From contig JAJDNE010000072.1 in assembly GCA_022340825.1 (NCBI GenBank), forward strand, positions 1-59,126: 59,126 nucleotides of DNA, in the 5' to 3' direction. Under the pieces are notes generated by a model that searched no databases, had not been told where the DNA came from, and saw nothing but the letters and a program-made list of their open reading frames with translations. This DNA comes from Acidiferrobacterales bacterium (GTDB taxonomy: Bacteria > Pseudomonadota > Gammaproteobacteria > Acidiferrobacterales > JAJDNE01). The position numbers and the translations under genes are program-made. Shown here one piece after another: positions 41,239 to 52,228 of this stretch. How positions within the stretch are numbered: the stretch's first letter is position 1; each line of letters begins with the position of its first letter.

Positions 41239-42596
41239 TAAACGGCATCTATATGCTGGTTGCCTTTGTTGTCGCGCTCGGGTTGCTGATTGTGGTGCAC
41301 GAGTTTGGTCACTTCTGGGTAGCACGTCGCATGGGCGTCAAGGTGCTGCGATTCTCGGTCGGATTTGGTAAACCGATGCTGACTCGACGCTGGGGCAAGG
41401 ATCAAACCGAGTTTGTTGTCGCGGCCATTCCGCTTGGGGGCTATGTCCGCATGCTGGGTGAGCACGACGATGATTACAGAAAGGAAGAGGCGCACCTGGC
41501 GTTTAATCAGAAAACCGTTGGTAGGCGTATGGCGATCGTTGTTGCCGGTCCCGTGTTCAATCTGATTTTTGCCGTCTTTGCGTTTTGGCTGGTATTCCTG
41601 ATTGGCATGGAGGGGATGAAGCCGGTGGTCGGCGGGGTGGCGCCCGCGTCGCTTGCCGCGCAGGCTGGCTTCCAGCGAGGCGATGAGCTCCTCACGCTTG
41701 ATGGCAAGACCGTGCAGACCTGGAGCGAACACCGGATGTACCTGTTCCGGCGGGCACTGGACCGTGCCAAAGTTGTTTTCACGGTACGCAGCGAGAGCGG
41801 TGAGGTTGTCACCCGAACGATCGATCTTGGAAAGATACCCATCGCAGAAATTGACGCGGGCCTGGTTTCACGTGGCATCGGCCTGTTTGCCTATATGCCC
41901 GAGATTCCTGCGATCATGGGAAAAATTGAACCAGGTCCGGCCCAGGCGGCTGGCTTGCGTGCAGGGGATCAAATCAAGTCGGTAAACGGCAAGCGCGTCA
42001 GCAACTGGCAGGAATTTGCGCTGACCATACGTGAACGCCCGGATCAATCCACAACATTGACGGTGAATCGAAACGGGGAGAGCCTGGTGATCACCGTGGT
42101 GCCGAGACCGGAACAGGTAAACGGAAAGACCATCGGCCTGATCGGGGTGCGCCCGCAGTTACCACAGTTGCCGGACGAGATGCGTGCATCAGTCAGACAC
42201 GGCCCGCTGAAGGCAGTGCAGGTAGCGGTAGGCCAGACCTGGACCATGTCCGTGCTTACGCTTGAGATGTTTTATCGTATGCTCAAGCTCGAGGTATCGA
42301 CCAAGAATATCAGCGGCCCGCTGACTATCGCCCAGGCGGCAGGCTATTCGGCCCAGCTGGGTCTGGATCGTTTTCTGATGTTCCTGGCGCTGGTCAGTAT
42401 CAGCCTGGGTGTGCTTAACCTGTTGCCGATCCCGGTCCTGGATGGTGGGCATCTGTTGTATTACGTAATCGAGGCCATACGCGGCAAACCGTTACCGGAG
42501 ACTGTACAGGCGTGGGGTCAGCAGATTGGTATATTCCTGCTCGCATGTTTGATGTTACTCGCTTTTTATAATGACATAACAAGAATCCTGTTTTGA
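41235..42596 (+). CDS. rseP: Regulator of sigma-E protease RseP
   Basis: HEFGH, FSVGFG, two PDZ domains, [11 protein letters not shown]. Confidence 0.97.
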   Translation: MINGIYMLVAFVVALGLLIVVHEFGHFWVARRMGVKVLRFSVGFGKPMLTRRWGKDQTEFVVAAIPLGGYVRMLGEHDDDYRKEEAHLAFNQKTVGRRMAIVVAGPVFNLIFAVFAFWLVFLIGMEGMKPVVGGVAPASLAAQAGFQRGDELLTLDGKTVQTWSEHRMYLFRRALDRAKVVFTVRSESGEVVTRTIDLGKIPIAEIDAGLVSRGIGLFAYMPEIPAIMGKIEPGPAQAAGLRAGDQIKSVNGKRVSNWQEFALTIRERPDQSTTLTVNRNGESLVITVVPRPEQVNGKTIGLIGVRPQLPQLPDEMRASVRHGPLKAVQVAVGQTWTMSVLTLEMFYRMLKLEVSTKNISGPLTIAQAAGYSAQLGLDRFLMFLALVSISLGVLNLLPIPVLDGGHLLYYVIEAIRGKPLPETVQAWGQQIGIFLLACLMLLAFYNDITRILF

Positions 42597-44935
42597 TGAA
42601 GTATGCTTTTCGGATTATTGCCGGTTGCCTGAATCAGGTCCGCTGCAAATATTTATTGCCACTACTCCTGGTGGGTGTGATGCAGACCGCGTATGCGTTC
42701 GACACATTCATTGTTCAGGAAATACGTGTCGAAGGCCTGCAGCGAATTTCCATTGGTACTGTTTTCAACTATCTCCCGGTAACGGTCAAAGACCGCATGA
42801 CCGACGAGCGCGCCAGGGACTCGATACGTGCACTGTTCGACACGGGCTTCTTTTCCGACGTTCGCCTTGGACGCCAGGGCCAGACGCTGGTGGTGACCGT
42901 GGTCGAGCGACCATCAATTCTCGATGTTGATATCGAGGGCAGTAAAAAGATAAAACCGGAAGATCTCATCAAGACCCTGAAGGAGGCGGGACTGGCAGAG
43001 GGCCGAACATTTGACCGGTCGCTATTGGACCGGGTAAAGCTGGATCTTCAGCGTCAGTATTACAGTCTCGGTTACTACGCGGTGAAAATCGATTATGCAA
43101 TCGAACCAAAGGATCAGAATCGCGTCAGCATAAAAATCAATGTATCGGAGGGGCGCATCGCGCTTATCGAGGACATTCGTATTGTCGGCAACAAGGAATT
43201 CTCTGACAAGAAACTGTTGGGCAATTTTCGATTGCAGAAGCATGGCGCATCGATAAATCCGTTTAGTAAAAAAGACCGATACTCCCAGCAACAGCTGGAA
43301 GGGGACCGGGAAACCCTGCGTAGTTATTACCTGGACGCCGGTTATATTGATTTTGCCATGGACTCCACCCAGGTCTCGGTAACCCCGGACCGCGAGCATG
43401 TATACATAACAATCAATATTACCGAAGGTCAAAAATACCGTATTGCCAATTACCGGATATCGGGGCAGACGATCGTACCGGAATCCGAGATTCGGAAGCT
43501 GATCACAATCAAGCCTGGCGATATCTTTTCACGCAAAAAAATAATCGACATCACCACGGCAATTGCCGGAAGGCTCGGTGATGAGGGTTATGCCTTTGCT
43601 CGCATTAATCCCTCCCCGGACATCAATCGTGACAAGGCAGAAGTAAATCTCAACTTCTTTATTGATCCAGGGAAACGCGCTTACATCCGTCGCATCGAGA
43701 TTTCCGGCAACGCCATTACTCGCGACGAAGTGATTCGACGGGAATTACGCCAGCTCGAGGGCTCGTGGTTTTCCAAACAAAAACTCGAACGCTCCAAGGT
43801 AAGGCTGCAGCGTCTGGGGTTCTTTGAAACCGTAGATGTCAGGCCAGTACCGGTATCCGGCGCTCCAGACCAGCTGGACTTGATGGTCCAGGTCAAAGAG
43901 CAGTCAACAGGTAGTGTCATGCTTGGCGGCGGTTATTCTGATGCCAACGGGTTTTTTATTAATGCCTCCTATAACGAGCGCAACGCCTTCGGTACCGGCA
44001 AAGCAGTCACCGTTTCATTTGACAACAGCCAGGCGACTACGACCTACGAATTTCGATATAACAACCCGTTCTATACAAAGACCGGTATCAGTCGAGGTTT
44101 TGACGTGTACGCAACCTCGGTCGATGCCGAAGTAACCGGTACCGGTGGTTACGGTACCGATACCACTGGCCTGGGATTTACCTATGGATTTCCATTTTCG
44201 GAGACCAGGAAAATCACTGCGGCAATCCATTATGAAGGCATCAATATCACCACCAATGCGGATACGGCACAGGTGGCAATTGATTTCGTCAATCAATATG
44301 GACCAAAAGTAAATATCCTGAAAAGCACTCTCGGCTGGTCACAGGATTCCCTGAACAATTTTTTGTTCCCCACTGACGGTGGTCTATATCGAGTAACGGC
44401 AGAGGCAGGCATACCGGGCGGTGACCTGCTTTACTATCAGGCAAAAATAAATGGTAGTTATTACATACCCCTGGAGGACAAGCGTAGTACTATTCGCCTC
44501 CGCGGCGAAGTGGGTTACGGCGACGGTATTGGAACTACCACCGAGCTGCCGTTCTTTAAAAATTACTACGCCGGTGGCGCCAGTAGTGTACGAGGTTACC
44601 GATCGCGGGGACTGGGTCCGCGCGACGTCAAGGCACCGTACGATCCAATCGGTGGTAACAAGCTTTTCACGGCCAACGCGGAGTATATTTTCCCGGTTCC
44701 TGGTTCGCCGGAACAAGGAAGTTCCATGCGCTTGAGTCTGTTCTTTGATGCCGGTATGGTGTACGGGCCTGATCAGTCGATAGATCTGGGGCAAGTAAGG
44801 TACACGGCAGGCGTCTCGTTCAACTGGTTTACACCCATGTTCCCCATATCCATTAGCTGGGGCATACCGCTGAACGCGCAACCGGGCGATTTGACTGAAG
44901 CTTTCCAGTTTAATATTGGTCTTCCCTTACAGTAG
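42596..44935 (+). CDS. bamA: Outer membrane protein assembly factor BamA
   Basis: POTRA repeats (IRVEGLQRI, GN..TRDEVIRRE), VRGY loop-6 motif, FQFNIG last strand, rseP-bamA-skp synteny. Confidence 0.96.
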   Translation: MKYAFRIIAGCLNQVRCKYLLPLLLVGVMQTAYAFDTFIVQEIRVEGLQRISIGTVFNYLPVTVKDRMTDERARDSIRALFDTGFFSDVRLGRQGQTLVVTVVERPSILDVDIEGSKKIKPEDLIKTLKEAGLAEGRTFDRSLLDRVKLDLQRQYYSLGYYAVKIDYAIEPKDQNRVSIKINVSEGRIALIEDIRIVGNKEFSDKKLLGNFRLQKHGASINPFSKKDRYSQQQLEGDRETLRSYYLDAGYIDFAMDSTQVSVTPDREHVYITINITEGQKYRIANYRISGQTIVPESEIRKLITIKPGDIFSRKKIIDITTAIAGRLGDEGYAFARINPSPDINRDKAEVNLNFFIDPGKRAYIRRIEISGNAITRDEVIRRELRQLEGSWFSKQKLERSKVRLQRLGFFETVDVRPVPVSGAPDQLDLMVQVKEQSTGSVMLGGGYSDANGFFINASYNERNAFGTGKAVTVSFDNSQATTTYEFRYNNPFYTKTGISRGFDVYATSVDAEVTGTGGYGTDTTGLGFTYGFPFSETRKITAAIHYEGINITTNADTAQVAIDFVNQYGPKVNILKSTLGWSQDSLNNFLFPTDGGLYRVTAEAGIPGGDLLYYQAKINGSYYIPLEDKRSTIRLRGEVGYGDGIGTTTELPFFKNYYAGGASSVRGYRSRGLGPRDVKAPYDPIGGNKLFTANAEYIFPVPGSPEQGSSMRLSLFFDAGMVYGPDQSIDLGQVRYTAGVSFNWFTPMFPISISWGIPLNAQPGDLTEAFQFNIGLPLQ

Positions 44936-44953
44936 ATTAGAGATGTGTCTCGA

Positions 44954-45475
44954 ATGAATAATCAGGCTAGAAATTATTTCGCTTTAGCGCTCGTTGCACT
45001 CCTGGCGTTACCCGGCCTGGTACAGGCCGCCGCATTAAAGATCGGTTACGTCAACACAGTTAAAGTAATCGAGCAGGCGCCACAGGCCAAGACTGCACTG
45101 GAGCGTCTTGAAAAGGAGTTTGCGCCTCGTGATAAAAAACTGGTGGAAAAAAGAGAGCGTATAAAAATTATCGAGACCGAGCTCGAGAAGAATTCGTTAG
45201 TGTTAAATGATGCGGAGCGACGCAACAAGGAACGCGAGCTGTTGGGTCTTAAGCGCGATGTTCGTCGTGCAACCCAGGAGTTTCGGGAAGACTACAATCT
45301 CAGGCGAAATGAAGAACTGGCGGCGCTCCAGAAACTCGTCTACAAAACTATCGTGGACTTGGCAAAGAAGAAAAAGTTTGACCTGATTCTGCATGAAGGC
45401 ACGGTTTATGCCAGCGAACAAATCGATATTACCGATCAGGTGCTCGAGAGTTTGCGGAGCAAATTTACCCAGTAG
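44954..45475 (+). CDS. skp: Periplasmic chaperone Skp (OmpH)
   Basis: Signal peptide, KIGYVN, coiled coil, FDLIL, DITDQV. Alternative GTG start at 44945. Confidence 0.93.
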   Translation: MNNQARNYFALALVALLALPGLVQAAALKIGYVNTVKVIEQAPQAKTALERLEKEFAPRDKKLVEKRERIKIIETELEKNSLVLNDAERRNKERELLGLKRDVRRATQEFREDYNLRRNEELAALQKLVYKTIVDLAKKKKFDLILHEGTVYASEQIDITDQVLESLRSKFTQ

Positions 45476-45486
45476 CAGGCCAGATC

Positions 45487-46512
45487 ATGTCCTATGATCT
45501 ACGTTATCTCGCGAAACTGTGTGGCGCAGAATTATGCGGCGATCCTGAAAAAGTCATCGCGGGGATATCCTCACTCGAACGGGCAGCCGAAGATCAAATC
45601 ACCTTTTGTCTGGATAGTAAGCATCTGGAACAGCTGAAAGCCACGCGTGCCGGCGCTGTAATTGTAAATAACAAAATTGCTGAAGCCGTTAACGGCAATG
45701 CGTTAATTAGCAACAACCCCCATTTGGCATTCGCTATCGTGGCTCAGGCCCTGCATCCGCCTGCGCAGGAGGCCGAAGGCATTGCCGACTCCGCGGTTGT
45801 CGCAGTAAGTGCCGATATCGCCGAAAACGCCCGAATCGGACCAAACGTTACCATCGAGTCAGGGGCGACTATCGGCGAAAACGTACAGATCGGTGCCGGA
45901 TCCTTTATTGGTGCTGACGTCGTCATCGGTAACGGAACGAGAATCCGGCCGAATGTGGTGATCGAGAATCGCTGTGAAATAGGAAGCAACTGCCTCATAC
46001 AGCCCGGCGCTGTTATCGGCGGCGACGGTTTTGGTTTTGCCAGAAATGGAGACGCCTGGGAAAAGATACCGCAAGTTGGCCGAGTCATTATCAAGGACAA
46101 TGTCGAGATTGGCGCCAACACCACGATTGATCGAGGTGCCATTGAAGATACGGTGATTCATCAGGGCGTCAAGATAGATAATCTGGTGATGATTGCCCAT
46201 AATGTCGAGGTTGGCGAGAATACCGCTATCGCGGCGTTGGCAGGGATTGCCGGCAGTGCAGTAGTCGGAAAACGTTGTTCAATCGGCGGACAGGTTGGTA
46301 TTTTCGGGCATATTACCCTCACCGATGATGTTGTGGTCGCAGCCACTTCCCTGGTCAGAAGGTCCATTAAGGAACCGGGAGTGTATTCCGGAAGCGTGTA
46401 CGCGGACAGGTTGGACAAATGGCAAAGAAACCACGCAAGGTTGGTTGAGCTGGACAGTTTGGCACGTCGCCTGATTCGGCTGGAAAAAGAATACAGTAAT
46501 GACAAGGAGTAA
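45487..46512 (+). CDS. lpxD: UDP-3-O-acylglucosamine N-acyltransferase
   Basis: Hexapeptide repeats, [31 protein letters not shown]. Confidence 0.97.
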   Translation: MSYDLRYLAKLCGAELCGDPEKVIAGISSLERAAEDQITFCLDSKHLEQLKATRAGAVIVNNKIAEAVNGNALISNNPHLAFAIVAQALHPPAQEAEGIADSAVVAVSADIAENARIGPNVTIESGATIGENVQIGAGSFIGADVVIGNGTRIRPNVVIENRCEIGSNCLIQPGAVIGGDGFGFARNGDAWEKIPQVGRVIIKDNVEIGANTTIDRGAIEDTVIHQGVKIDNLVMIAHNVEVGENTAIAALAGIAGSAVVGKRCSIGGQVGIFGHITLTDDVVVAATSLVRRSIKEPGVYSGSVYADRLDKWQRNHARLVELDSLARRLIRLEKEYSNDKE

Positions 46513-46518
46513 TCGGAG

Positions 46519-46968
46519 TTGAGCAAAACCAATATTGATATTGTCAAAGTGATGCAATGGTTGCCTCATCGCTACCCCATGCTCCTCGTGGACCGAATCA
46601 TAGACTTTGAGCCTGATACTTCAATCACGGCGATCAAGAATGTCACCATCAACGAACCTTTTTTTGAGGGTCACTTTCCCGGTCAGCCCATCATGCCGGG
46701 TGTATTGATAGTTGAGGCGATGGCACAGGCTGCTGCGTTGTTGTTCAGGGTAGATGAGGACAATCAGCCGAGTGCAGAGGCGACCTATTATTTTGTTGGT
46801 ATCGATAAGGCGAGATTCAAGCGCCCGGTGACGCCCGGTGACCAACTGGTGATGAATATCAAGATCAAGAGAAAGATGCGAAGCATATGGAAGTTTGAAG
46901 GTATAGCAACTGTTGATGATAAAGTCTGCTGTACTTCAGAGTTCATGTGCACTTATAAGGAAGACTAA
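46519..46968 (+). CDS. fabZ: 3-hydroxyacyl-ACP dehydratase
   Basis: [39 protein letters not shown] start. Confidence 0.97.
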   Translation: MSKTNIDIVKVMQWLPHRYPMLLVDRIIDFEPDTSITAIKNVTINEPFFEGHFPGQPIMPGVLIVEAMAQAAALLFRVDEDNQPSAEATYYFVGIDKARFKRPVTPGDQLVMNIKIKRKMRSIWKFEGIATVDDKVCCTSEFMCTYKED

Positions 46969-47741
46969 TGATCCATCCCCAGGCGGTTGTTGATCCGGGC
47001 GCCAGGATAGGGAAAGAAGTTAGTGTCGGCGCATTTTCCATTATTGGTCCGAATGTAGAAATCGGCGACCACACCTGGGTCGGCCCGCATGTCGTGATAA
47101 ATGGCCCGACCCGCATAGGGGCCAACAACAAAATCTATCAATTTGCATCGCTTGGCGATGCACCTCAGCATATCGCCTATCACGGAGAGCCGACACAACT
47201 AGTAGTCGGAGACAACAATACTATTCGTGAATATGTCACATTTAATCGTGGTACGACTATCGGCAGTGGAGTTACCACGATAGGAAATGGAAATTTCTTC
47301 ATGGCCTATACCCATGTCGCACACGATTGCTTCATTCGCGACAACACGATTTTTGCCAATGCTGCCAGTCTCGCAGGTCATGTTGAAGTTGATGACTACG
47401 CCATTCTCGGTGGCTTCACGCTGGTTCACCAGTTTTGCAAAATTGGTGCGCATTCAATCACGGCGGTAAATACCGTGGTGTTCAAGGATGTTCCGCCCTA
47501 TGTGAAGGCTGCCGGTTATGGTGCGAAGACACATGGACTGAATCTCGAGGGCATGCGTCGCCGCAATTTTGATCAGGAAGTTATCCAGCAATTAAAAGAG
47601 GCTTATCGAATAGTCTACCGATCTGGCATGACTGCCGATCAGGCGCTGGACTCGCTGAAACCACTCGCTGCCAAATCACCGGATGTCGCACGGTTCGCAG
47701 AATTTATCGAGAAATCGGAGCGGGGAATTATCCGCGGCTAG
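46968..47741 (+). CDS. lpxA: UDP-N-acetylglucosamine acyltransferase
   Basis: IHPQAVVDP, IREYVTFNRGT, HVAHDC, LAGHV, GLNLEG. Confidence 0.97.
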   Translation: MIHPQAVVDPGARIGKEVSVGAFSIIGPNVEIGDHTWVGPHVVINGPTRIGANNKIYQFASLGDAPQHIAYHGEPTQLVVGDNNTIREYVTFNRGTTIGSGVTTIGNGNFFMAYTHVAHDCFIRDNTIFANAASLAGHVEVDDYAILGGFTLVHQFCKIGAHSITAVNTVVFKDVPPYVKAAGYGAKTHGLNLEGMRRRNFDQEVIQQLKEAYRIVYRSGMTADQALDSLKPLAAKSPDVARFAEFIEKSERGIIRG

Positions 47742-47742
47742 A

Positions 47743-48918
47743 ATGCAGCAGAGGCCTATACGAATCGGAATTGTTGCCGGCGAAGAGTCGGGCGACTTGC
47801 TTGGCTCCGGCTTGATTCGGGAAATTCGCTCGCGTTGGCCCAACGCGGAGTTCGAGGGAATCGGCGGACCCAGAATGCAGGCGGCCGGTTGCAACAGTCT
47901 CTATCCGATGAAAAAGCTGTCCATCATCGGCATTCTTGAAGTGCTGGGAAGTATTGTATCGCTGGTTCGCATTCGCCGAGGTTTAATAAAGCACTTTCTG
48001 GAAAGGCGTCCCGACGTTTTTATCGGTATCGACGCTCCGCAATTTAATATTGGTCTGGCGGAAAAACTGAAAACTGCCGGAATCCCTACGATGCAGTACG
48101 TCAGCCCGACTGTCTGGGCATGGCGGCGATACAGAATCAATCATATTCATCGCGCGGTCGATCATATGCTCGTGCTGTTCCCGTTTGAACTCGAAATCTA
48201 TCATCAGCAGGGAATACCGGTAACATTCGTTGGTCATCCATTGGCTGACGAGTTACCAGAGTCACCGGACCGGGCAGGCGCCAGGGAGCAGTTGGGTCTT
48301 CCCCAGAACCAGGTGGTGGTTGGATTGTTGCCAGGAAGTCGTCGGGGAGAATTACATCGACATGCCGAGCTTTTTATTCGGACAGCGAGATGGTTACACC
48401 AGCGCAACCATAAACTGGTTTTCTGTACTCCGTTGGTCAGCAAGGAGACCCGGCGCATTTACGAGGATGCGATCTCGCGGCTGGGTGCGGGCGACTTACC
48501 CGTTCAGCTTGTTGATGGCCAGTCACGTGAGGTTATGGAGGCGTCAGATGTCCTGGTGATTGCGTCGGGTACGGCAACGCTGGAAGCCGCGCTGCTCAGG
48601 CGTCCGATGGTAGTGACATACAAAATTAATTGGCTCACTTATCTGATTTTCAAAATGTTTTCCCAAATCAAACTGTATGCCTTGCCAAACAATCTTGCTG
48701 GTAAGGAATTGTTGCCTGAGTACATGCAGGCCCGTGCGACCGCCGAGAACCTCGGACGTGCGACTGAGAATTTCCTGGCCCACCCGGACGAGATGGAAAA
48801 GGTGCGCGGTGAGTTGGACAAGATATCGCATGAGTTGAGACAGAATGCGAACCAGCGTGCGGCGGAAGCAGTAATTGATTTCGTGGTAGAGCGCGAGATG
48901 AAAACGGGAAAGCAGTAA
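47743..48918 (+). CDS. lpxB: Lipid-A-disaccharide synthase
   Basis: [44 protein letters not shown]. Confidence 0.97.
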   Translation: MQQRPIRIGIVAGEESGDLLGSGLIREIRSRWPNAEFEGIGGPRMQAAGCNSLYPMKKLSIIGILEVLGSIVSLVRIRRGLIKHFLERRPDVFIGIDAPQFNIGLAEKLKTAGIPTMQYVSPTVWAWRRYRINHIHRAVDHMLVLFPFELEIYHQQGIPVTFVGHPLADELPESPDRAGAREQLGLPQNQVVVGLLPGSRRGELHRHAELFIRTARWLHQRNHKLVFCTPLVSKETRRIYEDAISRLGAGDLPVQLVDGQSREVMEASDVLVIASGTATLEAALLRRPMVVTYKINWLTYLIFKMFSQIKLYALPNNLAGKELLPEYMQARATAENLGRATENFLAHPDEMEKVRGELDKISHELRQNANQRAAEAVIDFVVEREMKTGKQ

Positions 48919-48925
48919 ATCAGCC

Positions 48926-49567
48926 ATGACTGCACTTCTGCGTGATGACCTGGCTATGCTCGAGCACATCTATGTACAAAGCGGTGGTCAGGTCGCAGGC
49001 GTCGACGAGGCGGGGCGCGGCCCACTCGCAGGTCCAGTGGTCGCCGCAGCAGTCATCCTGGACGTCAATAAACCGGTAACAGGAATCCGGGATTCAAAAA
49101 AGTTATCTGCAGCAAAACGGGAAGCGCTTTCCGCGGAAATCAAGGACAATGCGCTTGCATGGTCGATCGCCACGGCTAGCGTCGAAGAGATTGATTCAAT
49201 AAACATTCTTCAGGCAACCATGCTGGCGATGACACGAGCCGTGGCTTCGCTGTCACTTTCGCCGCAGGTTGTGATAGTCGACGGCAACAAAGCGCCGGCG
49301 ATTGCCTATGAATGCCATACGGCCGTAAAGGGAGATAACTGGGTGCCAGCTATTGGTGCCGCTTCAATACTGGCAAAAGTAGAGCGCGACCGGATTATGC
49401 TTGAGGCTGACAAAAATCTGCCTAACTATGGTTTTGCCGCACACAAGGGATACCCGACGCGTGCGCATATCGAAGCGCTCGAGCGCGAGGGAATTAGCGA
49501 TATTCACCGCAAGAGTTTCGCACCGGTCAGGAAATACGCCCTCAAATCGAAACAGGAATATCGCTAA
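48926..49567 (+). CDS. rnhB: Ribonuclease HII
   Basis: [41 protein letters not shown]. Confidence 0.97.
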   Translation: MTALLRDDLAMLEHIYVQSGGQVAGVDEAGRGPLAGPVVAAAVILDVNKPVTGIRDSKKLSAAKREALSAEIKDNALAWSIATASVEEIDSINILQATMLAMTRAVASLSLSPQVVIVDGNKAPAIAYECHTAVKGDNWVPAIGAASILAKVERDRIMLEADKNLPNYGFAAHKGYPTRAHIEALEREGISDIHRKSFAPVRKYALKSKQEYR

Positions 49568-49625
49568 CCGAGAACGGGATCAAAGTTAAATCCAGACCGT
49601 CTGCGCACTGCATACCAATGCCTCG

Positions 49626-50420
49626 TCAATGTGCTTGGAACGACGCCAAAGGATAGGCTAAGTGAGCGTTCCACAATACATGTATGCTTCCGTCGCTATT
49701 CGCTTTTCCAAGATTCTGCAACGCCGCTCGAAGAGGCGTCCCGCTATTACCCGACACATTGCCTTCAAAGACAAGTCGACCACCGGAAAAGGGTTCCCAG
49801 GTACCGGTACCCTCGAATTGAATCACGCCGCTTCTTGTGGTCACCACGCCGTGCATAACCTTTCCATCTGCCTCCACATTGATTTTGTACGAGCCAGTGC
49901 TAGCGGGACCGAGCCACGTTGACGAGAGTGCATCAAGTTGGATCTCGGCGGTGCCCAGTATCAAGTTGTTCTGTAGGCTGAAGGAACCGGTTGTTACGTG
50001 GATGTTTCCGGTCAGACCCGCGTTGGCAGCAATCGGGAAGAACATCGTGGCTACCTCTACCGGCAGGGTCGCATCAAGATTGTCGAAAAGAATAGTGTTG
50101 GTACCGACCCTGCCAACAGTAGACACCCGAATTCTATTTGTTTTGAGCTCTGTTTTAATCCCGATTCGGCCGGTTATCAGGTATAGGGGGTTGACGCGCC
50201 ATCGGATGTTGCCTGGCTCAACAGTGGCACTACGGGGTAGCTGAATAGCCACTGCGGCAGACCCGTTCCAGATGCTGCCTGTCGCATTACTGAATGCGAC
50301 CGGGAGATTGGCTTTCTCAACGCTCCGGATAGCCCAGGTTGCAGGCGGACGAATCAGCACGAAGCAGACGTAGAGTATTAATCCTGCAATGAGCCATTTT
50401 AGCCAACTACGATCTGTCAC
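49626..50420 (-). CDS. gspN: Type II secretion system protein N
   Basis: N-terminal TM, PA.W, GSIWNG motif, last gene of the gsp operon. GTG start overlaps the gspM stop (GTGA). Confidence 0.82.
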   Translation of the reverse strand: MTDRSWLKWLIAGLILYVCFVLIRPPATWAIRSVEKANLPVAFSNATGSIWNGSAAVAIQLPRSATVEPGNIRWRVNPLYLITGRIGIKTELKTNRIRVSTVGRVGTNTILFDNLDATLPVEVATMFFPIAANAGLTGNIHVTTGSFSLQNNLILGTAEIQLDALSSTWLGPASTGSYKINVEADGKVMHGVVTTRSGVIQFEGTGTWEPFSGGRLVFEGNVSGNSGTPLRAALQNLGKANSDGSIHVLWNAHLAYPLASFQAH

Positions 50421-50923
50421 GACCCGGAGGACAGCGTAATCCGTGCGGTCACGATGCCGGTGACATCTGTTGCGCTGATGGTTGTTGATTCTACCTTGAT
50501 GCCGAACTGTCGCGACAGGTTCAACAGCCATTTCACCAGGTGCGTGTATTCAATTTGCTCAAGCGTCAGTTTGGCGGTGGTGTCGCCACCGGGCTCCATG
50601 CTCCCGAGCTTGTCCCGGATGCCATGTGTCTCCAGGGATTTTTCCAGTGCCGGAAGCAGGCCGCCAGAAAGCCGGGGCGTGACCGGTCGCGGTGACTTTA
50701 GTGCTTGAATACGCATTTCAGCCAACTGCGTTTGCGCCACCGGGATTTCTGACTTGAGATGGTTAACCGACACGGTCATCGGTTTCCAGTAGAGGTGATA
50801 GATTGAAGTCAGGAGCAGGGCGACCAGGGCTGTTGCCACCAATATCTGCTCCCGTGGAGAACGGCTTCGCCAGTATTGGAAAGCTTGCTCATATTTTGCT
50901 GACAGGTTTGCAAGCGTGGTCAT
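50417..50923 (-). CDS. gspM: Type II secretion system protein M
   Basis: W..RSPREQ..TM..W.P pattern, ferredoxin-like C-domain (LVKWL..L), operon position. Confidence 0.88.
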   Translation of the reverse strand: MTTLANLSAKYEQAFQYWRSRSPREQILVATALVALLLTSIYHLYWKPMTVSVNHLKSEIPVAQTQLAEMRIQALKSPRPVTPRLSGGLLPALEKSLETHGIRDKLGSMEPGGDTTAKLTLEQIEYTHLVKWLLNLSRQFGIKVESTTISATDVTGIVTARITLSSGS

Positions 50924-52227
50924 TTTCTTTCCAGCTTTATCGAAGCGATGACTTTGCCTTCTTTCTGGTGAACTTGCCTGACTTCATATTTCAATTCGCT
51001 GTCGCCAATTGAATTCTTCACTGTTTCGAGTGCCCGGTAGTTTGGCACCTCAACAGTGATTGTTAATGCATCCTTCTGATACGCAATTTCATTCATCGTT
51101 AGATCGCCGACGCCAGCTAAAACCGGGCTAATCGTCCCGAGCATCGACAGGAAGCTGGTGTCCGAACTGTTGTTGTCGACCGAAGCGGTTTGTGCCAGGT
51201 TTGCCTGCATCTGTTTGTAGGGGTCGACAATCAGGCTGGCTTCCTGGGGAAAGCTTTTTTTGAAAATCGACGTCATTTCACTATGCAGCTTTGTGTATTC
51301 TGTGTTCAATTGCCACCACTCGAAGCTTGTAAATAGCACCGTCCCGATCAACCAGGCAGTGATCATGAAGATGGCGGGGCGATACAGATTGCCGGAACCG
51401 GCGATCTGCCTGCGTGGGGCAAACTCCTGCTGCAACAGGTTTAGCGGAAGTGCATTGTTCTCCGCCGCCTCCCAGAATTCGCTCTCTTCAACCAGAATCT
51501 CGAGTCCCAGGTCCTGTGTCCATGCCTCCAGATCAAAGCCTTCAGGAGGATTTTGAACAATCAGGGTTTCCGGCTTATTTTTCGCATCACGCAATGCTGT
51601 TTTCAGCATATACGGCGGATGTCCTGCCTGCATGGCACACCGGTAGCCGGAGCGCAGACCGGTGCGCAACCAGCAGTCGTGCTGATCACAGTGCAGCATC
51701 CAGGCGTCGGCAAGTGTCGGGATTGACAGGGTGATCGGCGTTACAGATTGCAGCGCCAGGCCCGCGTCATCGAATGCAGCTATCCATTGCTGCAATCTGC
51801 TGCGAAGGGTAACTGATACAGCCAGCGAGTTGTCGGGAGAACGCTCAAACGTAAAAAACTGTTCGGATGGATCGCCTACAAGTTTTTCTTCCAGGGCAAA
51901 CGGAAGAGCCCTGGTAATCTTGCTACGTGATCTGGTCGGCAATACGACCTGTGTGAGTAACGTATCCTCGGCGGGAGACCATGCATGGGCTGGTGCGCTG
52001 CGAACGTCTGCAGGTAATTCGCCCAGTTGTTCAACGTTGCCACGGGCAGTAACAACGGGACCTTCATACAGGCACCACTCGACTTTGCCCGATTCCGGCC
52101 AACCATGAGGCAGGCGCAGTCTCAATCGTACATCACGGGATAGCGAAGATCGCTCATCCCTGTCTGCCGGCCGGATATTGGCGAGGGTGTTGGTCAGATT
52201 GTTAAACAGGGTTGCCATTACCAACAT
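50920..52227 (-). CDS. gspL: Type II secretion system protein L
   Basis: ALPFALEEKL, LNLLQQEF, TM helix, F...FP.....VDP..QM. Start could be 52218. Confidence 0.9.
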   Translation of the reverse strand: MLVMATLFNNLTNTLANIRPADRDERSSLSRDVRLRLRLPHGWPESGKVEWCLYEGPVVTARGNVEQLGELPADVRSAPAHAWSPAEDTLLTQVVLPTRSRSKITRALPFALEEKLVGDPSEQFFTFERSPDNSLAVSVTLRSRLQQWIAAFDDAGLALQSVTPITLSIPTLADAWMLHCDQHDCWLRTGLRSGYRCAMQAGHPPYMLKTALRDAKNKPETLIVQNPPEGFDLEAWTQDLGLEILVEESEFWEAAENNALPLNLLQQEFAPRRQIAGSGNLYRPAIFMITAWLIGTVLFTSFEWWQLNTEYTKLHSEMTSIFKKSFPQEASLIVDPYKQMQANLAQTASVDNNSSDTSFLSMLGTISPVLAGVGDLTMNEIAYQKDALTITVEVPNYRALETVKNSIGDSELKYEVRQVHQKEGKVIASIKLERK

Positions 52228-52228
52228 A

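Noticed and set aside
38421-42596. Order uppS-cdsA-dxr-rseP differs from E. coli
   Set aside because: This order is common in non-enteric proteobacteria, so it is not unusual.
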